A stretch of 64,000 bases of DNA, taken from the IMG/VR virus record IMGVR_UViG_3300035510_000237; one strand, 5' to 3'. Origin of the DNA: a virus. Below, one piece after another: positions 1-7,732 of the stretch; position 1 is the first letter of the stretch; each line of letters opens with the position of its first letter. Made by a program: the position numbers and the translations under genes. The notes beneath the pieces are model-generated. The model worked only from the letters and a program-made list of their open reading frames with translations. It was not told the DNA's origin and made no database searches.

Positions 1-32
1 GTTTAATCACATTTATCTGCAATGTTATCGGC

Positions 33-290
33 GTGTATGTGGTCAAATGGGTAGAAGAAAAGCTCGAAAAAGATAAATTATGGAGAATAGAGGTTACTAT
101 TCCTAATAATCAGGCGGGTGCGGTAATTGCAGAAGCCAAAAATCAAGACTTGTCTTTCAATTATATTGATATTAACAAGTATTTCCTTTTCAATTTCTAC
201 TGTCCCACGCAAGCGGATAGTGCAGAGGTTAAAAAGCTTTTAAACCAGTATGACGCAAAATATTTTGTAAGCGAAAGCAAAAATCTTTAA
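33..290 (+). CDS. hypothetical protein (GTG start; frame open to window edge, may be 5'-partial)
   Basis: 85-codon ORF, TAA stop 288-290, upstream of first early promoter. Confidence 0.35.
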   Translation: MYVVKWVEEKLEKDKLWRIEVTIPNNQAGAVIAEAKNQDLSFNYIDINKYFLFNFYCPTQADSAEVKKLLNQYDAKYFVSESKNL

Positions 291-297
291 AAAGTTC

Positions 298-326
298 TTG
301 ACAAATCTCTCTTGGGGTGTTATAAT
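298..326 (+). promoter_or_regulatory. class-1 (early-type) sigmaA-like promoter
   Basis: TTGACA 298-303, 17-bp spacer, TGtTATAAT 318-326; conserved leader AAAGAAAGGAATTGATA then ATG 371. Confidence 0.7.
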
Positions 327-370
327 AAAGATACTCCAAGAGAGATAAACAAAGAAAGGAATTGATAAAC

Positions 371-556
371 ATGACAGTAGTTGCCCATATCGTAGCGACT
401 AAAGAGGTGGAGATTCCAGATTTTGACGACCTCACCTATGCGGAAATTATTTCCAGAGCTGAAGAAGCAACAGGCGTGCCGTTTGGTGATCCAGAGGCTG
501 AGGCAACCATAGATGGGATTTACCTCCTAGATGGCCGAGCAATCATTGAGTGGTAA
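371..556 (+). CDS. hypothetical small early protein
   Basis: ATG 9 nt after conserved GGAATTGATA leader; ORF track frame 362..556. Confidence 0.55.
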   Translation: MTVVAHIVATKEVEIPDFDDLTYAEIISRAEEATGVPFGDPEAEATIDGIYLLDGRAIIEW

Positions 557-577
557 GGGTTAGCGTCCTTGCCACTC

Positions 578-610
578 GGCCGGCGCTTTGCGAACGCCAG
601 CGCCGGTTTT
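578..610 (+). terminator. rho-independent terminator (GC hairpin + T tract)
   Basis: GGCCGGCGC..GCGCCGG stem 578-606 followed by TTTT 607-610; member of repeated GCCGGCGC hairpin family. Confidence 0.6.
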
Positions 611-666
611 CGCGTCAATTCGCATTTTACACAAAATTTCAATCAAATTTTTGGTTATTTTGACGA

Positions 667-695
667 TTGACTTTTTCCCAAAATTTTAGTATACT
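667..695 (+). promoter_or_regulatory. class-1 promoter
   Basis: TTGACT 667-672, 17 bp, TATACT 690-695; leader AAAGAAAGGAATTGATA 711-727. Confidence 0.65.
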
Positions 696-728
696 ATAGT
701 CACAAGATAAAGAAAGGAATTGATACCT

Positions 729-1181
729 ATGAATAAGATTTTATGCTGGGATATGGATGGAACTATCGCTGACCTCTACTCTGTAGATAATTGGTTGCCG
801 AAATTGCGGGCTGAGGATGCTAGTCCCTACAAAGAAGCAAGCCCTATGTGGGATATGGATAAGCTAAACGCCATTCTGGAAAAGCTCCATGAGGCTGGAT
901 GGGAAATCAGAATTATCACTTGGTTGTCCATGAATGCAAGTGAGGAATACAAAGAAGCCGTGCGGGAAGCTAAAAAGGCGTGGCTGAAAAAATGGGGCTT
1001 TGTGTATGACCACTTTCATGGAGTACAGTATGGAGCAACAAAAGCTGACAGTGTGCGAAATGTTGCTGACTATGCCATTTTGGTAGATGATAACGAAAAG
1101 GTTAGAAATGGGTGGCATTTGGGTGAGACAATCGACCCAACAAATGGAAATCTCCTGGAGGCTCTAATGAGCCTCCTGTGA
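729..1181 (+). CDS. HAD-superfamily 5'(3')-deoxyribonucleotidase-like phosphatase
   Basis: N-terminal DMDGTIAD (HAD motif I DxDGT); ATG at conserved distance from leader. Confidence 0.6.
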   Translation: MNKILCWDMDGTIADLYSVDNWLPKLRAEDASPYKEASPMWDMDKLNAILEKLHEAGWEIRIITWLSMNASEEYKEAVREAKKAWLKKWGFVYDHFHGVQYGATKADSVRNVADYAILVDDNEKVRNGWHLGETIDPTNGNLLEALMSLL

Positions 1182-1197
1182 GAGGAGGAAAATAAAA

Positions 1198-1551
1198 ATG
1201 GGAATGTTTGTAATTGGTTATCTGACTTGCTATGTAACATTTTATATTTTAGGAGCTGTATCTGTAGAAGCCGTGAGCACGGCCCTTGCACCCTTAGATT
1301 GGATTATAGTCGCGCTTTGCTACATCCCTAAAGTCATTTGGCATATTTTCCGGCATCTGGTAAAGGGCGTTACCCCTGATAGAATGGATATTATTTTAGA
1401 TTTACCGCATTTTAACATTGGAAAATTTTATGTGTTCCTTGACACAAAAGCGCATTTTCTTGGAAATAAAATTTTCTTTTTGAGAGTGAAAAAGCCAAAA
1501 AAAGGTATTGACAAATCCCTTCCCGCATGGTATAATAAACTCAGAAAATAA
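1198..1551 (+). CDS. hypothetical membrane protein
   Basis: strong RBS GAGGAGGAAAATAAAAATG; hydrophobic N-terminus; 3' end runs into next promoter so real stop uncertain. Confidence 0.4.
   Translation: MGMFVIGYLTCYVTFYILGAVSVEAVSTALAPLDWIIVALCYIPKVIWHIFRHLVKGVTPDRMDIILDLPHFNIGKFYVFLDTKAHFLGNKIFFLRVKKPKKGIDKSLPAWYNKLRK
1508..1536 (+). promoter_or_regulatory. class-1 promoter
   Basis: TTGACA 1508-1513, 17 bp, TGgTATAAT 1528-1536; leader AAAGAAAGGAATTGAT. Confidence 0.7.
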
Positions 1552-1569
1552 AGAAAGGAATTGATTGTT

Positions 1570-2019
1570 ATGTATCTTGTAACCTATTATGAAGCTGAGG
1601 ACGGAACCCGGTTCGACACAGAAGCAGAGTGCATTGAGTATGAAAAGCAGTGCTCCATGGAGTCTTTGGGTAGTGATGTTATCATGCTGGATTTTGCTGG
1701 AAAGCCGACCGATGATATTAGCGCTGTTGAGTTTCTAATTGTCAAAACCGATGAAGCTGCTAGAAAGGTTCAGGCAATTTTTGACATGAATGAAATTGTT
1801 GCCCCATTTGATGAAATGACTCCGCAAGCTGGGTATTATTTGTATAATAGTGATAGTTGGAGCTGGATTTCTTTAGAAGATGAAATTGAACATTTCAATA
1901 ACCTTTGGGCTTTTTTCTTTGGGCATCCACTCATTGATATCAAGTTCCAGGAAAATGCTCTACCGCAATACATTCCTAGAGAGGAAACCGCAGACATGAA
2001 TGAAGCCGATTTTATTTAA
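1570..2019 (+). CDS. hypothetical early protein
   Basis: ATG after conserved leader; 149 aa acidic protein. Confidence 0.55.
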   Translation: MYLVTYYEAEDGTRFDTEAECIEYEKQCSMESLGSDVIMLDFAGKPTDDISAVEFLIVKTDEAARKVQAIFDMNEIVAPFDEMTPQAGYYLYNSDSWSWISLEDEIEHFNNLWAFFFGHPLIDIKFQENALPQYIPREETADMNEADFI

Positions 2020-2027
2020 AAAAGTTC

Positions 2028-2056
2028 TTGACAAAATCCCCTTGGGATGCTATAAT
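2028..2056 (+). promoter_or_regulatory. class-1 promoter
   Basis: AAAAAGTTCTTGACA..TGcTATAAT, 17-bp spacing; near-identical to promoter at 298. Confidence 0.7.
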
Positions 2057-2112
2057 ATAAGTGTTCCAAGGGGAACAGAATAAAAAAACAAATTTGAAAG
2101 GAATTGATAATT

Positions 2113-2337
2113 ATGTATGGATATTTAATGAATGATTGTACTTGGGGAATTTTGGCTGATAATAAGCATGAGGCTTTAAGTCTTGCTTCTAAAGCATTGG
2201 GCAGAGAAGTAAAATGGAAGGAAATGCACCGTGTTTGTTACTCCTCCGGTGGAAGCGAAGCAATGTATTGCACAATTTTGGGAGAATGGCGTGAAAGCTT
2301 TACAGAACGCCTTAAAAAATATTATGGAATTGCATAA
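2113..2337 (+). CDS. hypothetical small early protein
   Basis: ATG after GAAAGGAATTGATAATT leader. Confidence 0.5.
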   Translation: MYGYLMNDCTWGILADNKHEALSLASKALGREVKWKEMHRVCYSSGGSEAMYCTILGEWRESFTERLKKYYGIA

Positions 2338-2343
2338 ATAAAA

Positions 2344-2409
2344 AAGTCAATAGGCATAGTTACTAATTTTCAAATGAGAATTTTGTACACTATGCCTATT
2401 GACTTTTTC
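2344..2409 (+). terminator. rho-independent terminator (16-bp stem)
   Basis: AAGTCAATAGGCATAG ... CTATGCCTATTGACTT inverted repeat then TTTTT. Confidence 0.7.
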
Positions 2410-2410
2410 G

Positions 2411-2600
2411 GCCGGGCGCCAACGCCCAAGCGCCCCGGTTTTTGCGCAAAATTATATTATATCAAATTTTTTCCGCAATGTCAATAGGCAAAATGAACAA
2501 AATTTATTTCCCGAAATTGTGCACTATGACGAACGCTGCAGTTAGTTAGCACTAACGGCCTGACGCTAACAGGTTAGCACTCTCCGGGCGGGGGTGCTAA
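2411..2600. repeat. composite intergenic element copy A (GC hairpin + ~90-bp AT-rich box + GTTAGTTAGCACTAAC)
   Basis: GCCGGGCGCC..GCGCCCCGGTTTTT hairpin 2411-2443; TTATATCAAATTTTTTCCGCAATGTCAATAGGCAAAATGAACAAAAT shared almost exactly with 5060-5110; partial copies at 560-700 and 7217-7400. Confidence 0.6.
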
Positions 2601-2745
2601 AATGAAGGAAATCTTGCAAACGCTTCACTCTTCTAAAGTGCTAAAGAATGCAGGAAATCTTGCAAAAACTTTAGGCCACTAAAGCTCTAAAGAAAATGCA
2701 GGATTGAGGCTGACCTCTTGCAAATGATGCAAGTCCGTCATTCAA
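2600..2745. repeat. three imperfect ~46-bp tandem repeats (GAAATCTTGCAAA / CTAAAG motifs)
   Basis: AATGAAGGAAATCTTGCAAACGC..TCTAAAGTGCTAAAG / AATGCAGGAAATCTTGCAAAAAC..CACTAAAGCTCTAAAG / AAAATGCAGGATTGAGG..CTCTTGCAAATGATGCAAG. Confidence 0.5.
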
Positions 2746-2776
2746 AAAATTCATTTTGATAAATTAAAATTTTTAC

Positions 2777-2805
2777 TTGACATATAACGCATTAGGGCTT
2801 ATAAT
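2777..2805 (+). promoter_or_regulatory. class-1 promoter
   Basis: TTGACA 2777-2782, 17 bp, TATAAT 2800-2805. Confidence 0.6.
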
Positions 2806-2847
2806 ATAGGAGCATTGAAGATTCGATGCAGAAAGGATTTGATAAAA

Positions 2848-3645
2848 ATGCCCATTAACGAACTGAATATTGACCGCCGGAAGAAGTATATTCTAATGGT
2901 GGACACTGAAACAGCCAACTGCCATGACGGTGAAAAGGTCAATCCGGTGTCCGCTTTGGTATACGACTTTGGATGCGCTGTAGTGGACAAAAAAGGAAAC
3001 GTGTATTACACGTTTAGCGCCATTAACAGAGACATTTTTGTGTATGAGCGTGACCTGATGCAATCCGCTTACTATGCTTGGAAAATCCCTCAGTATGTCG
3101 AAGATATTCGCAATGGACAGCGAAAAATGCTGGATTGGGTAGAAATCAAATTGAAGGTGCGGGAAATTATCGCGGCATTCGGTATAACTACGGTATGCGC
3201 CCACAACGCTAGATTTGATTACTACGCTATCCAGGCAACTGAGCGGTATATCTCCAAGTCGAAGTATCAGTATTTCTTCCCTTACGGTATGGAATGGTGG
3301 GATACTATGAAGATGTCACGGAGCGTCATTCATAACCAGCCAACATACAAGGCATTTTGTCAGGAACATGGGTTTATGACAAAATCCGGCCGATGCTCCA
3401 CGACAGCAGAAAACCTTTATAAATACATTACCCTAAACCTAGACTTTAAAGAAAGCCATACAGGGCTGGAAGATGTGCTGATTGAAAAGGAAATTCTTGC
3501 TTATTGCTTTAGACAACACAAGGCAATGGAAAAGAACCTATGGAAGCAAGACGGCCTGACAGATAGACAGATAGAGATTCTGTTAGAACGGCAGTGGGAA
3601 TTTCTACCCGCATTCCCCACAAAAAATATTTTTCAAGAAATCTAA
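2848..3645 (+). CDS. DnaQ-like (DEDDh) 3'-5' exonuclease
   Basis: Exo I MVDTETA, Exo II CAHNARFD, Exo III HTGLEDV; RBS GAAAGGATTTGATAAAAATG. Confidence 0.7.
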   Translation: MPINELNIDRRKKYILMVDTETANCHDGEKVNPVSALVYDFGCAVVDKKGNVYYTFSAINRDIFVYERDLMQSAYYAWKIPQYVEDIRNGQRKMLDWVEIKLKVREIIAAFGITTVCAHNARFDYYAIQATERYISKSKYQYFFPYGMEWWDTMKMSRSVIHNQPTYKAFCQEHGFMTKSGRCSTTAENLYKYITLNLDFKESHTGLEDVLIEKEILAYCFRQHKAMEKNLWKQDGLTDRQIEILLERQWEFLPAFPTKNIFQEI

Positions 3646-3654
3646 AAAAAGTTC

Positions 3655-3683
3655 TTGACTTCTGACCCAAGGTGTGGTAGAAT
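3655..3683 (+). promoter_or_regulatory. class-1 promoter (distal of tandem pair)
   Basis: TTGACT-17-TGgTAGAAT. Confidence 0.6.
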
Positions 3684-3753
3684 AAAGACGTTCCAAGGGA
3701 ACAGGGCGAGTCCTGAGTGAGGTTAGAAAACCTTGCAAAACCTTAAAAAGGTC

Positions 3754-3782
3754 TTGACAAGCCCTAAACCCTGTGGTACAAT
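3754..3782 (+). promoter_or_regulatory. class-1 promoter (proximal)
   Basis: TTGACA-17-TGgTACAAT; leader CAGAAAGGAATTGATATT. Confidence 0.65.
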
Positions 3783-3835
3783 ACATAACGTAAGGTGACA
3801 AGGACAGTCGTTAAAACCAGAAAGGAATTGATATT

Positions 3836-4216
3836 ATGGATAAGATGACTAATGTGAAGGCTCTGGAGTTCGTGCTTGCTAATTGCGAGATTCCCGCCGA
3901 TGTAGCTGCTAAACTGACTTCCCTCAAGGGTCAGTATGAGCGCAAGAGTGCAAAGAACCCTGACCGCAAGCCCACCGCCGCTCAAATTAAGCGCAAGGCC
4001 ATTGCAGATGCGGTTTACGCATTCATGATTCCTGACACGTTCTACACTCTGACAGAGCTTGCAGAGGGTGTTCCGGAGCTTGGAGCTATCGAAAATCCTA
4101 GCCCTCAGAAATACCGTGGTGTGGTCGGTGTCCTGATTGATGCCAAACTGGTAGAAGCTACCAAGGAAAAGGGAAAGACTTACTACAGTCTGACCAAGGT
4201 AGAAGCTGGGGCGTAA
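3836..4216 (+). CDS. hypothetical early protein, paralog of 5458..5865
   Basis: shared MTNxKALExVLxNCExPxDVA...EKGKTxY pattern with 5458 protein. Confidence 0.6.
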   Translation: MDKMTNVKALEFVLANCEIPADVAAKLTSLKGQYERKSAKNPDRKPTAAQIKRKAIADAVYAFMIPDTFYTLTELAEGVPELGAIENPSPQKYRGVVGVLIDAKLVEATKEKGKTYYSLTKVEAGA

Positions 4217-4240
4217 AAACCCCACTTCTACCCCCCGGAA
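4208..4240 (+). terminator. stem-loop without T tract (attenuator or processing site)
   Basis: GTAGAAGcTGGGGcgtaaaaaCCCCACTTCTAC. Confidence 0.35.
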
Positions 4241-4255
4241 AAGGTAGGTGATTGA

Positions 4256-4612
4256 ATGACCGCACAAGTTGAAAAGCTAATGAAAACGCTAAACCTCACC
4301 GAAGCCGAAGCACTCCAACTGATTGCAGATGATAAAGCAATCGACAGAGGCGCAAAGCTATTTGAACTTGACCCGGAACTTGAAGCCGGAGCGAAGAAAG
4401 CAAGACAAGCGGAGCGCAAGAAAAGCACTACCCCGGTAAAACGTGAGCGCAAGGAAAACCCGTCCAAGAGAGAAATCATTAAAGCCCTGACTGCGGGTGT
4501 AGGTGATTTACTCGATGCGGGTAGCCTGGAAGTTACCAACGTGGAAAGAGAGTTCACCTTTACAGTCGATGGAGTTAAATACAAGGTTGTACTAAGCGCA
4601 CCCCGCAAGTAA
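4256..4612 (+). CDS. hypothetical basic/acidic early protein
   Basis: RBS AAAGGTAGGTGATTGAATG; 118 aa. Confidence 0.55.
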   Translation: MTAQVEKLMKTLNLTEAEALQLIADDKAIDRGAKLFELDPELEAGAKKARQAERKKSTTPVKRERKENPSKREIIKALTAGVGDLLDAGSLEVTNVEREFTFTVDGVKYKVVLSAPRK

Positions 4613-4666
4613 CCAAAAAGGGAATGGGAGTTACTTCCCATTCCCTACCAGGGAAAGGAAAGTCAC

Positions 4667-4825
4667 ATGGACGAAAAAACCTATTATGTAAATTTCTGGG
4701 GCTGGTGTGAAATCGAAGCAAGTTCCGAGGAAGAAGCGAAAGCCAAATTCTGGGAATATGTCATGAACGAAAAAGCCCTTCCCAAAAACATTTATGAAAT
4801 CTTTAGTGCAAACGAAAAAGCATGA
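4667..4825 (+). CDS. hypothetical 52-aa protein
   Basis: RBS GGAAAGGAAAGTCACATG; MDEKTYYVNFWGWCEIEASSEEEAKAKFWEYVMNEKALPKNIYEIFSANEKA. Confidence 0.45.
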   Translation: MDEKTYYVNFWGWCEIEASSEEEAKAKFWEYVMNEKALPKNIYEIFSANEKA

Positions 4826-4853
4826 TGCGGGAGAAATCCCGCATCAATTTTTT
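4824..4853 (+). terminator. rho-independent terminator
   Basis: GATGCGGGAgaaaTCCCGCATC + ATTTTTT. Confidence 0.7.
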
Positions 4854-4854
4854 A

Positions 4855-5025
4855 CCATCCGCTTTAATACTTTAAAGTCCATCACCCGCGGACACTTTAA
4901 GGCTTTAAATCGCTATTGCTTTAAAGTCCGCCGCTCAAGGACGCTTTAATACTTTAAAGCGACGCACTTTAACACTTTAAAGTCCTCCCCTCATAGACAC
5001 TTTAACGCTTTAAAGCGTGAAACCG
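4855..5025. repeat. array of ~6 ACTTTAA-N2-CTTTAAAG repeats (palindromic CTTTAAAG cores)
   Basis: CTTTAATACTTTAAAG, CACTTTAAGGCTTTAAATCG, GCTTTAAAGTCCGCC, CTTTAATACTTTAAAGCG, CACTTTAACACTTTAAAGTCC, CACTTTAACGCTTTAAAGCG. Confidence 0.65.
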
Positions 5026-5150
5026 GGCGCTCTCTAGCGTGGCGCCCGGAATTTGGCCAAAAATCTATTATATCAAATTTTTTCCGCAATGTCAATAGGC
5101 AAAATGAACAAAATATTTTTCCCGATTTTGTGCATTTTGCTACTAGACAA
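5023..5150. repeat. composite intergenic element copy C
   Basis: CCGGGCGC..GCGCCCGG hairpin then TCTATTATATCAAATTTTTTCCGCAATGTCAATAGGCAAAATGAACAAAAT, near-identical to 2447-2500. Confidence 0.6.
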
Positions 5151-5172
5151 ACAGTCTCCATGGTGGTATAAT
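5144..5172 (+). promoter_or_regulatory. class-1 promoter
   Basis: TAGACA-17-TGgTATAAT. Confidence 0.55.
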
Positions 5173-5277
5173 AAAGACAATCCAAGAGGGATTGATGATG
5201 AAGGCGAAGGGATTTGAAGGCGCCCATAAATCTTGATGAACGCTGACCTTTCCCTCTTGGAGAAAATTAAAAAACAC

Positions 5278-5306
5278 TTGACAAACCATCCGCCTTATGA
5301 TATAAT
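5278..5306 (+). promoter_or_regulatory. class-1 promoter
   Basis: TTGACA-17-TGaTATAAT. Confidence 0.65.
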
Positions 5307-5376
5307 AAAAACGTTCCAAGGGAAGAGCGGTTAGCAAGACAGAAAAAAAGTTTCTGAAAAAAAAATAAAAAAACTC

Positions 5377-5405
5377 TTGACAAACCACTCAACTTGTGGT
5401 ACAAT
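5377..5405 (+). promoter_or_regulatory. class-1 promoter
   Basis: TTGACA-17-TGgTACAAT; leader CAGAAAGGAATTGATACT. Confidence 0.65.
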
Positions 5406-5457
5406 ATAATCAATCAAGGGAAGGAAAACCCTTAAAAACCAGAAAGGAATTGATACT

Positions 5458-5865
5458 ATGGCTACTACTACTGAAAAGACTGTGAAGATGACTAATGCAA
5501 AGGCTCTGGAGTATGTTCTGGAGAATTGCGAAGTTCCTACCGATGTTGCTGAGCGTTTCAACGCAATGTTGACTTCTCTCCAGAAGAAGGCAAGCGCACC
5601 GAAGAAGCCTTCTGCAAAGCGTACTGAAAACGAGGCACTTGCTGAGATTATCTACCAGTACATGGAAGATAACACCTATTACAGCGGAGTTGATTTCCGC
5701 AAGGATGTTCCGGAGGTTGCCGCTTATGGCACGGAGATGAATCCGCAGCGCATGACCGCAATCATGAGAATCCTTGTGAACGAGAACCAGACCGTTACCA
5801 AGGTAACTGAGAAGGGCAAGACCTTCTATGTTAAGAAGAATGCGGAGGATGTGGAAGGGGTTTAA
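5458..5865 (+). CDS. hypothetical early protein, paralog of 3836..4216
   Basis: three upstream promoters; conserved leader; paralogy to 3836 protein. Confidence 0.6.
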   Translation: MATTTEKTVKMTNAKALEYVLENCEVPTDVAERFNAMLTSLQKKASAPKKPSAKRTENEALAEIIYQYMEDNTYYSGVDFRKDVPEVAAYGTEMNPQRMTAIMRILVNENQTVTKVTEKGKTFYVKKNAEDVEGV

Positions 5866-5892
5866 CCCCTTCCCTTCCAGGAGGAATAAAAT

Positions 5893-6057
5893 ATGGACGA
5901 GAAAAAGCGTGTTGTGATTCTTGACCTAGAGGATTGTAACGACCCTCACCCTTTAATGCTGACAGAATCCCAGATTCGGCTATTGGAATGGCTGATTAAA
6001 GAGGGAATGTCAATGCACTTCAATTATTTAAAAATTGGAGATATTCAGCAGATTTGA
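5893..6057 (+). CDS. hypothetical 54-aa protein
   Basis: RBS CCAGGAGGAATAAAATATG. Confidence 0.45.
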   Translation: MDEKKRVVILDLEDCNDPHPLMLTESQIRLLEWLIKEGMSMHFNYLKIGDIQQI

Positions 6058-6069
6058 GGCAAAAATAAA

Positions 6070-6126
6070 GCGTTTTTCCAGTTTTTCACTTAAAAAATCT
6101 CAAAAAACTGGAAAAACGCACTTTTT
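6070..6126 (+). terminator. rho-independent terminator (17-bp stem)
   Basis: GCGTTTTTCCAGTTTTT ... AAAAACTGGAAAAACGC + CTTTTT. Confidence 0.7.
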
Positions 6127-6167
6127 CCCCTATAAAAATCCACAAAAACGCAGAAAACGAGGCAAAA

Positions 6168-6749
6168 ATGGCACAGAATTGGAAATTTTATATCGAAAAT
6201 GATGATTTTGAGGGCGCTTTTGAAAGATTTACCAATGCTACCAAAAATTGGAAGAATCATTGGTTCGACGTATGCGCCCAGATTATGGAAAATTGCAAAG
6301 AGTGGGCAAAAAAGTATCTCTTAGACCCAATAGCAAAGACCATTGAAGTAAAAATCAAAGTACCCCGAACCCGCAAGACCTACGACATCGATACCCAGAA
6401 CATTAACCTTTTAGACGATGCAAAAGAAAAGTGCTACCTTTTCCGTTTCTTTGATGCAGACGGGAACCGCCTGTGCTCTAAGGTTGGAACTACTCAGCGC
6501 ACAGTTTTGAAACGTTTAAAGGAAGAGCTTTCCAGCAAAACCTATATTGGAATGGGTGCAGTTAGAGCAGTAATTGACCGGGTTTATGACTGTGGAGAAA
6601 TGCCCGCCGAAGGGCTGGAAAGTCGGTTGCGTGCGGAGTATATCCAGAAATACCCTGGAGCTTTTAAGAAGAATGACCGCTTTATTTTTGCAGATTTTGA
6701 CCTTGAAGAATGTGATAAAATCGCAAAAAAATATTTGGCTAGGGCTTGA
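6168..6749 (+). CDS. hypothetical protein
   Basis: 193-aa ORF; weak GIY-YIG-like stretch CYLFRFFDADGNRLCSKVGTTQRTVLKRLKEE not considered diagnostic. Confidence 0.5.
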   Translation: MAQNWKFYIENDDFEGAFERFTNATKNWKNHWFDVCAQIMENCKEWAKKYLLDPIAKTIEVKIKVPRTRKTYDIDTQNINLLDDAKEKCYLFRFFDADGNRLCSKVGTTQRTVLKRLKEELSSKTYIGMGAVRAVIDRVYDCGEMPAEGLESRLRAEYIQKYPGAFKKNDRFIFADFDLEECDKIAKKYLARA

Positions 6750-6774
6750 CAAAATCCCCTTGGTGTGGTATACT
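6746..6774 (+). promoter_or_regulatory. class-1 promoter
   Basis: TTGACA-17-TGgTATACT; leader AAAGAAAGGAATTGATATT. Confidence 0.7.
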
Positions 6775-6817
6775 ATAACCATCAAGGGGATACCCCTTAA
6801 AGAAAGGAATTGATATT

Positions 6818-7114
6818 ATGGCAAGCACAACTTTTTGGAATGAACTGTACAGCATGGACCCGGCCCAGCTTGAGGAAGTCATTTGCGAAGCTACCAAGGT
6901 GAAAGAGGACTTGGAAGCTGAGGCAGAGTGCCTTGAAGATTGGAACAAGGTGCGGGAAGCTATGAGAGATTTCTGCTTCAAGCACGATATGGTCATCAGC
7001 TTCCTTGTTTCCGGCATGGTGGATGAAAATACCGCCAAAGAGTTCTGGTATGATGGCTTCGACTTGAATAGCATCTTCGGAGCACCAGGAGTCATTGAAC
7101 TGGGGGAGGGCTAA
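6818..7114 (+). CDS. hypothetical acidic early protein
   Basis: ATG after conserved leader. Confidence 0.55.
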   Translation: MASTTFWNELYSMDPAQLEEVICEATKVKEDLEAEAECLEDWNKVREAMRDFCFKHDMVISFLVSGMVDENTAKEFWYDGFDLNSIFGAPGVIELGEG

Positions 7115-7143
7115 CGCCCTTCCCCTAGGGGGAAACAAAAATG

Positions 7144-7171
7144 AGGCAGAGAAATCTGCCTCGTTTTTTTG
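7144..7171 (+). terminator. rho-independent terminator
   Basis: GAGGCAGAgaaaTCTGCCTC + GTTTTTTT. Confidence 0.75.
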
Positions 7172-7184
7172 TGCAATTTGCCTA

Positions 7185-7213
7185 TTGACAGGAGCCATAA
7201 AGTATGGTATAAT
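7185..7213 (+). promoter_or_regulatory. class-1 promoter reading into a ~750-bp non-coding stretch
   Basis: TTGACA-17-TGgTATAAT; -35 overlaps reverse copy of TGTCAATAGGCAA motif. Confidence 0.6.
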
Positions 7214-7216
7214 TTA

Positions 7217-7400
7217 GCCGGCGCTCTACGAGCGCCGGCCCCGGTTTTCCATTATACCACACATTTCACAAAAAGTCAAGCAAAATTTTTCGTCATTTTC
7301 AACAAAATATTTTTTCCCAAAATTGTGCATTCTGCTAGTCTGCCCGGGTTAGTTAGAACTAACTATAGTTTGTTGAAACTAATTCCTGTCGCGCACCTAG
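7217..7400. repeat. composite intergenic element copy B
   Basis: GCCGGCGCTC..GAGCGCCGGC hairpin, TTTTTCCCAAAATTGTGCATTCTGCTAGTC, GTTAGTTAGAACTAAC. Confidence 0.55.
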
Positions 7401-7679
7401 CTTCTGGCCGGCCGGTTTCGGAAGATTCTGGCCCGTTCTAGCTCTCTGACCCTCATATGCAAATTTTTTTGAACTTCTAGCTACCTCAACGCTTAACCCA
7501 AATTTTCCCAAAATTGCAAATTTTTTCTAATGTCAAATTTTTTAGCGCCCAGCTTGCTCTGGAATAGCGCCTGAGCTATGCTCTTGAGAGCTGCACTCCA
7601 AATGAAAAGAGAAAAACGGAACAGTGTTCGTTTTTTAAATTCCTGAGGCAATGAGAATAGAAAAACAAATCAATCATCT

Positions 7680-7732
7680 ACTTTAAATATTTTACTTTAA
7701 CGCTTTAAAGCGTTAAAGCGAAGAGAATCTTA
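7680..7732. repeat. second cluster of CTTTAAAG-type repeats
   Basis: CTACTTTAAATATTTTACTTTAACGCTTTAAAGCGTTAAAGCG. Confidence 0.5.

Noticed and set aside
4855-5025. CRISPR array
   Set aside because: Repeats are 20-22 bp, imperfect and contiguous without unique spacers, and no cas genes are nearby. More consistent with a protein-binding array.
6168-6749. GIY-YIG call for the 193-aa early protein (CYLFRFFDADGNRLCSKVGTTQRTVLKRLKEE)
   Set aside because: Only loose resemblance to the GIY...YIG...R..H pattern. Left as hypothetical.
7169-7441. Track ORF 7169..7441 (90 aa)
   Set aside because: It spans the promoter at 7185 and the repeated hairpin/AT-box element. There is no RBS and the composition is non-coding.
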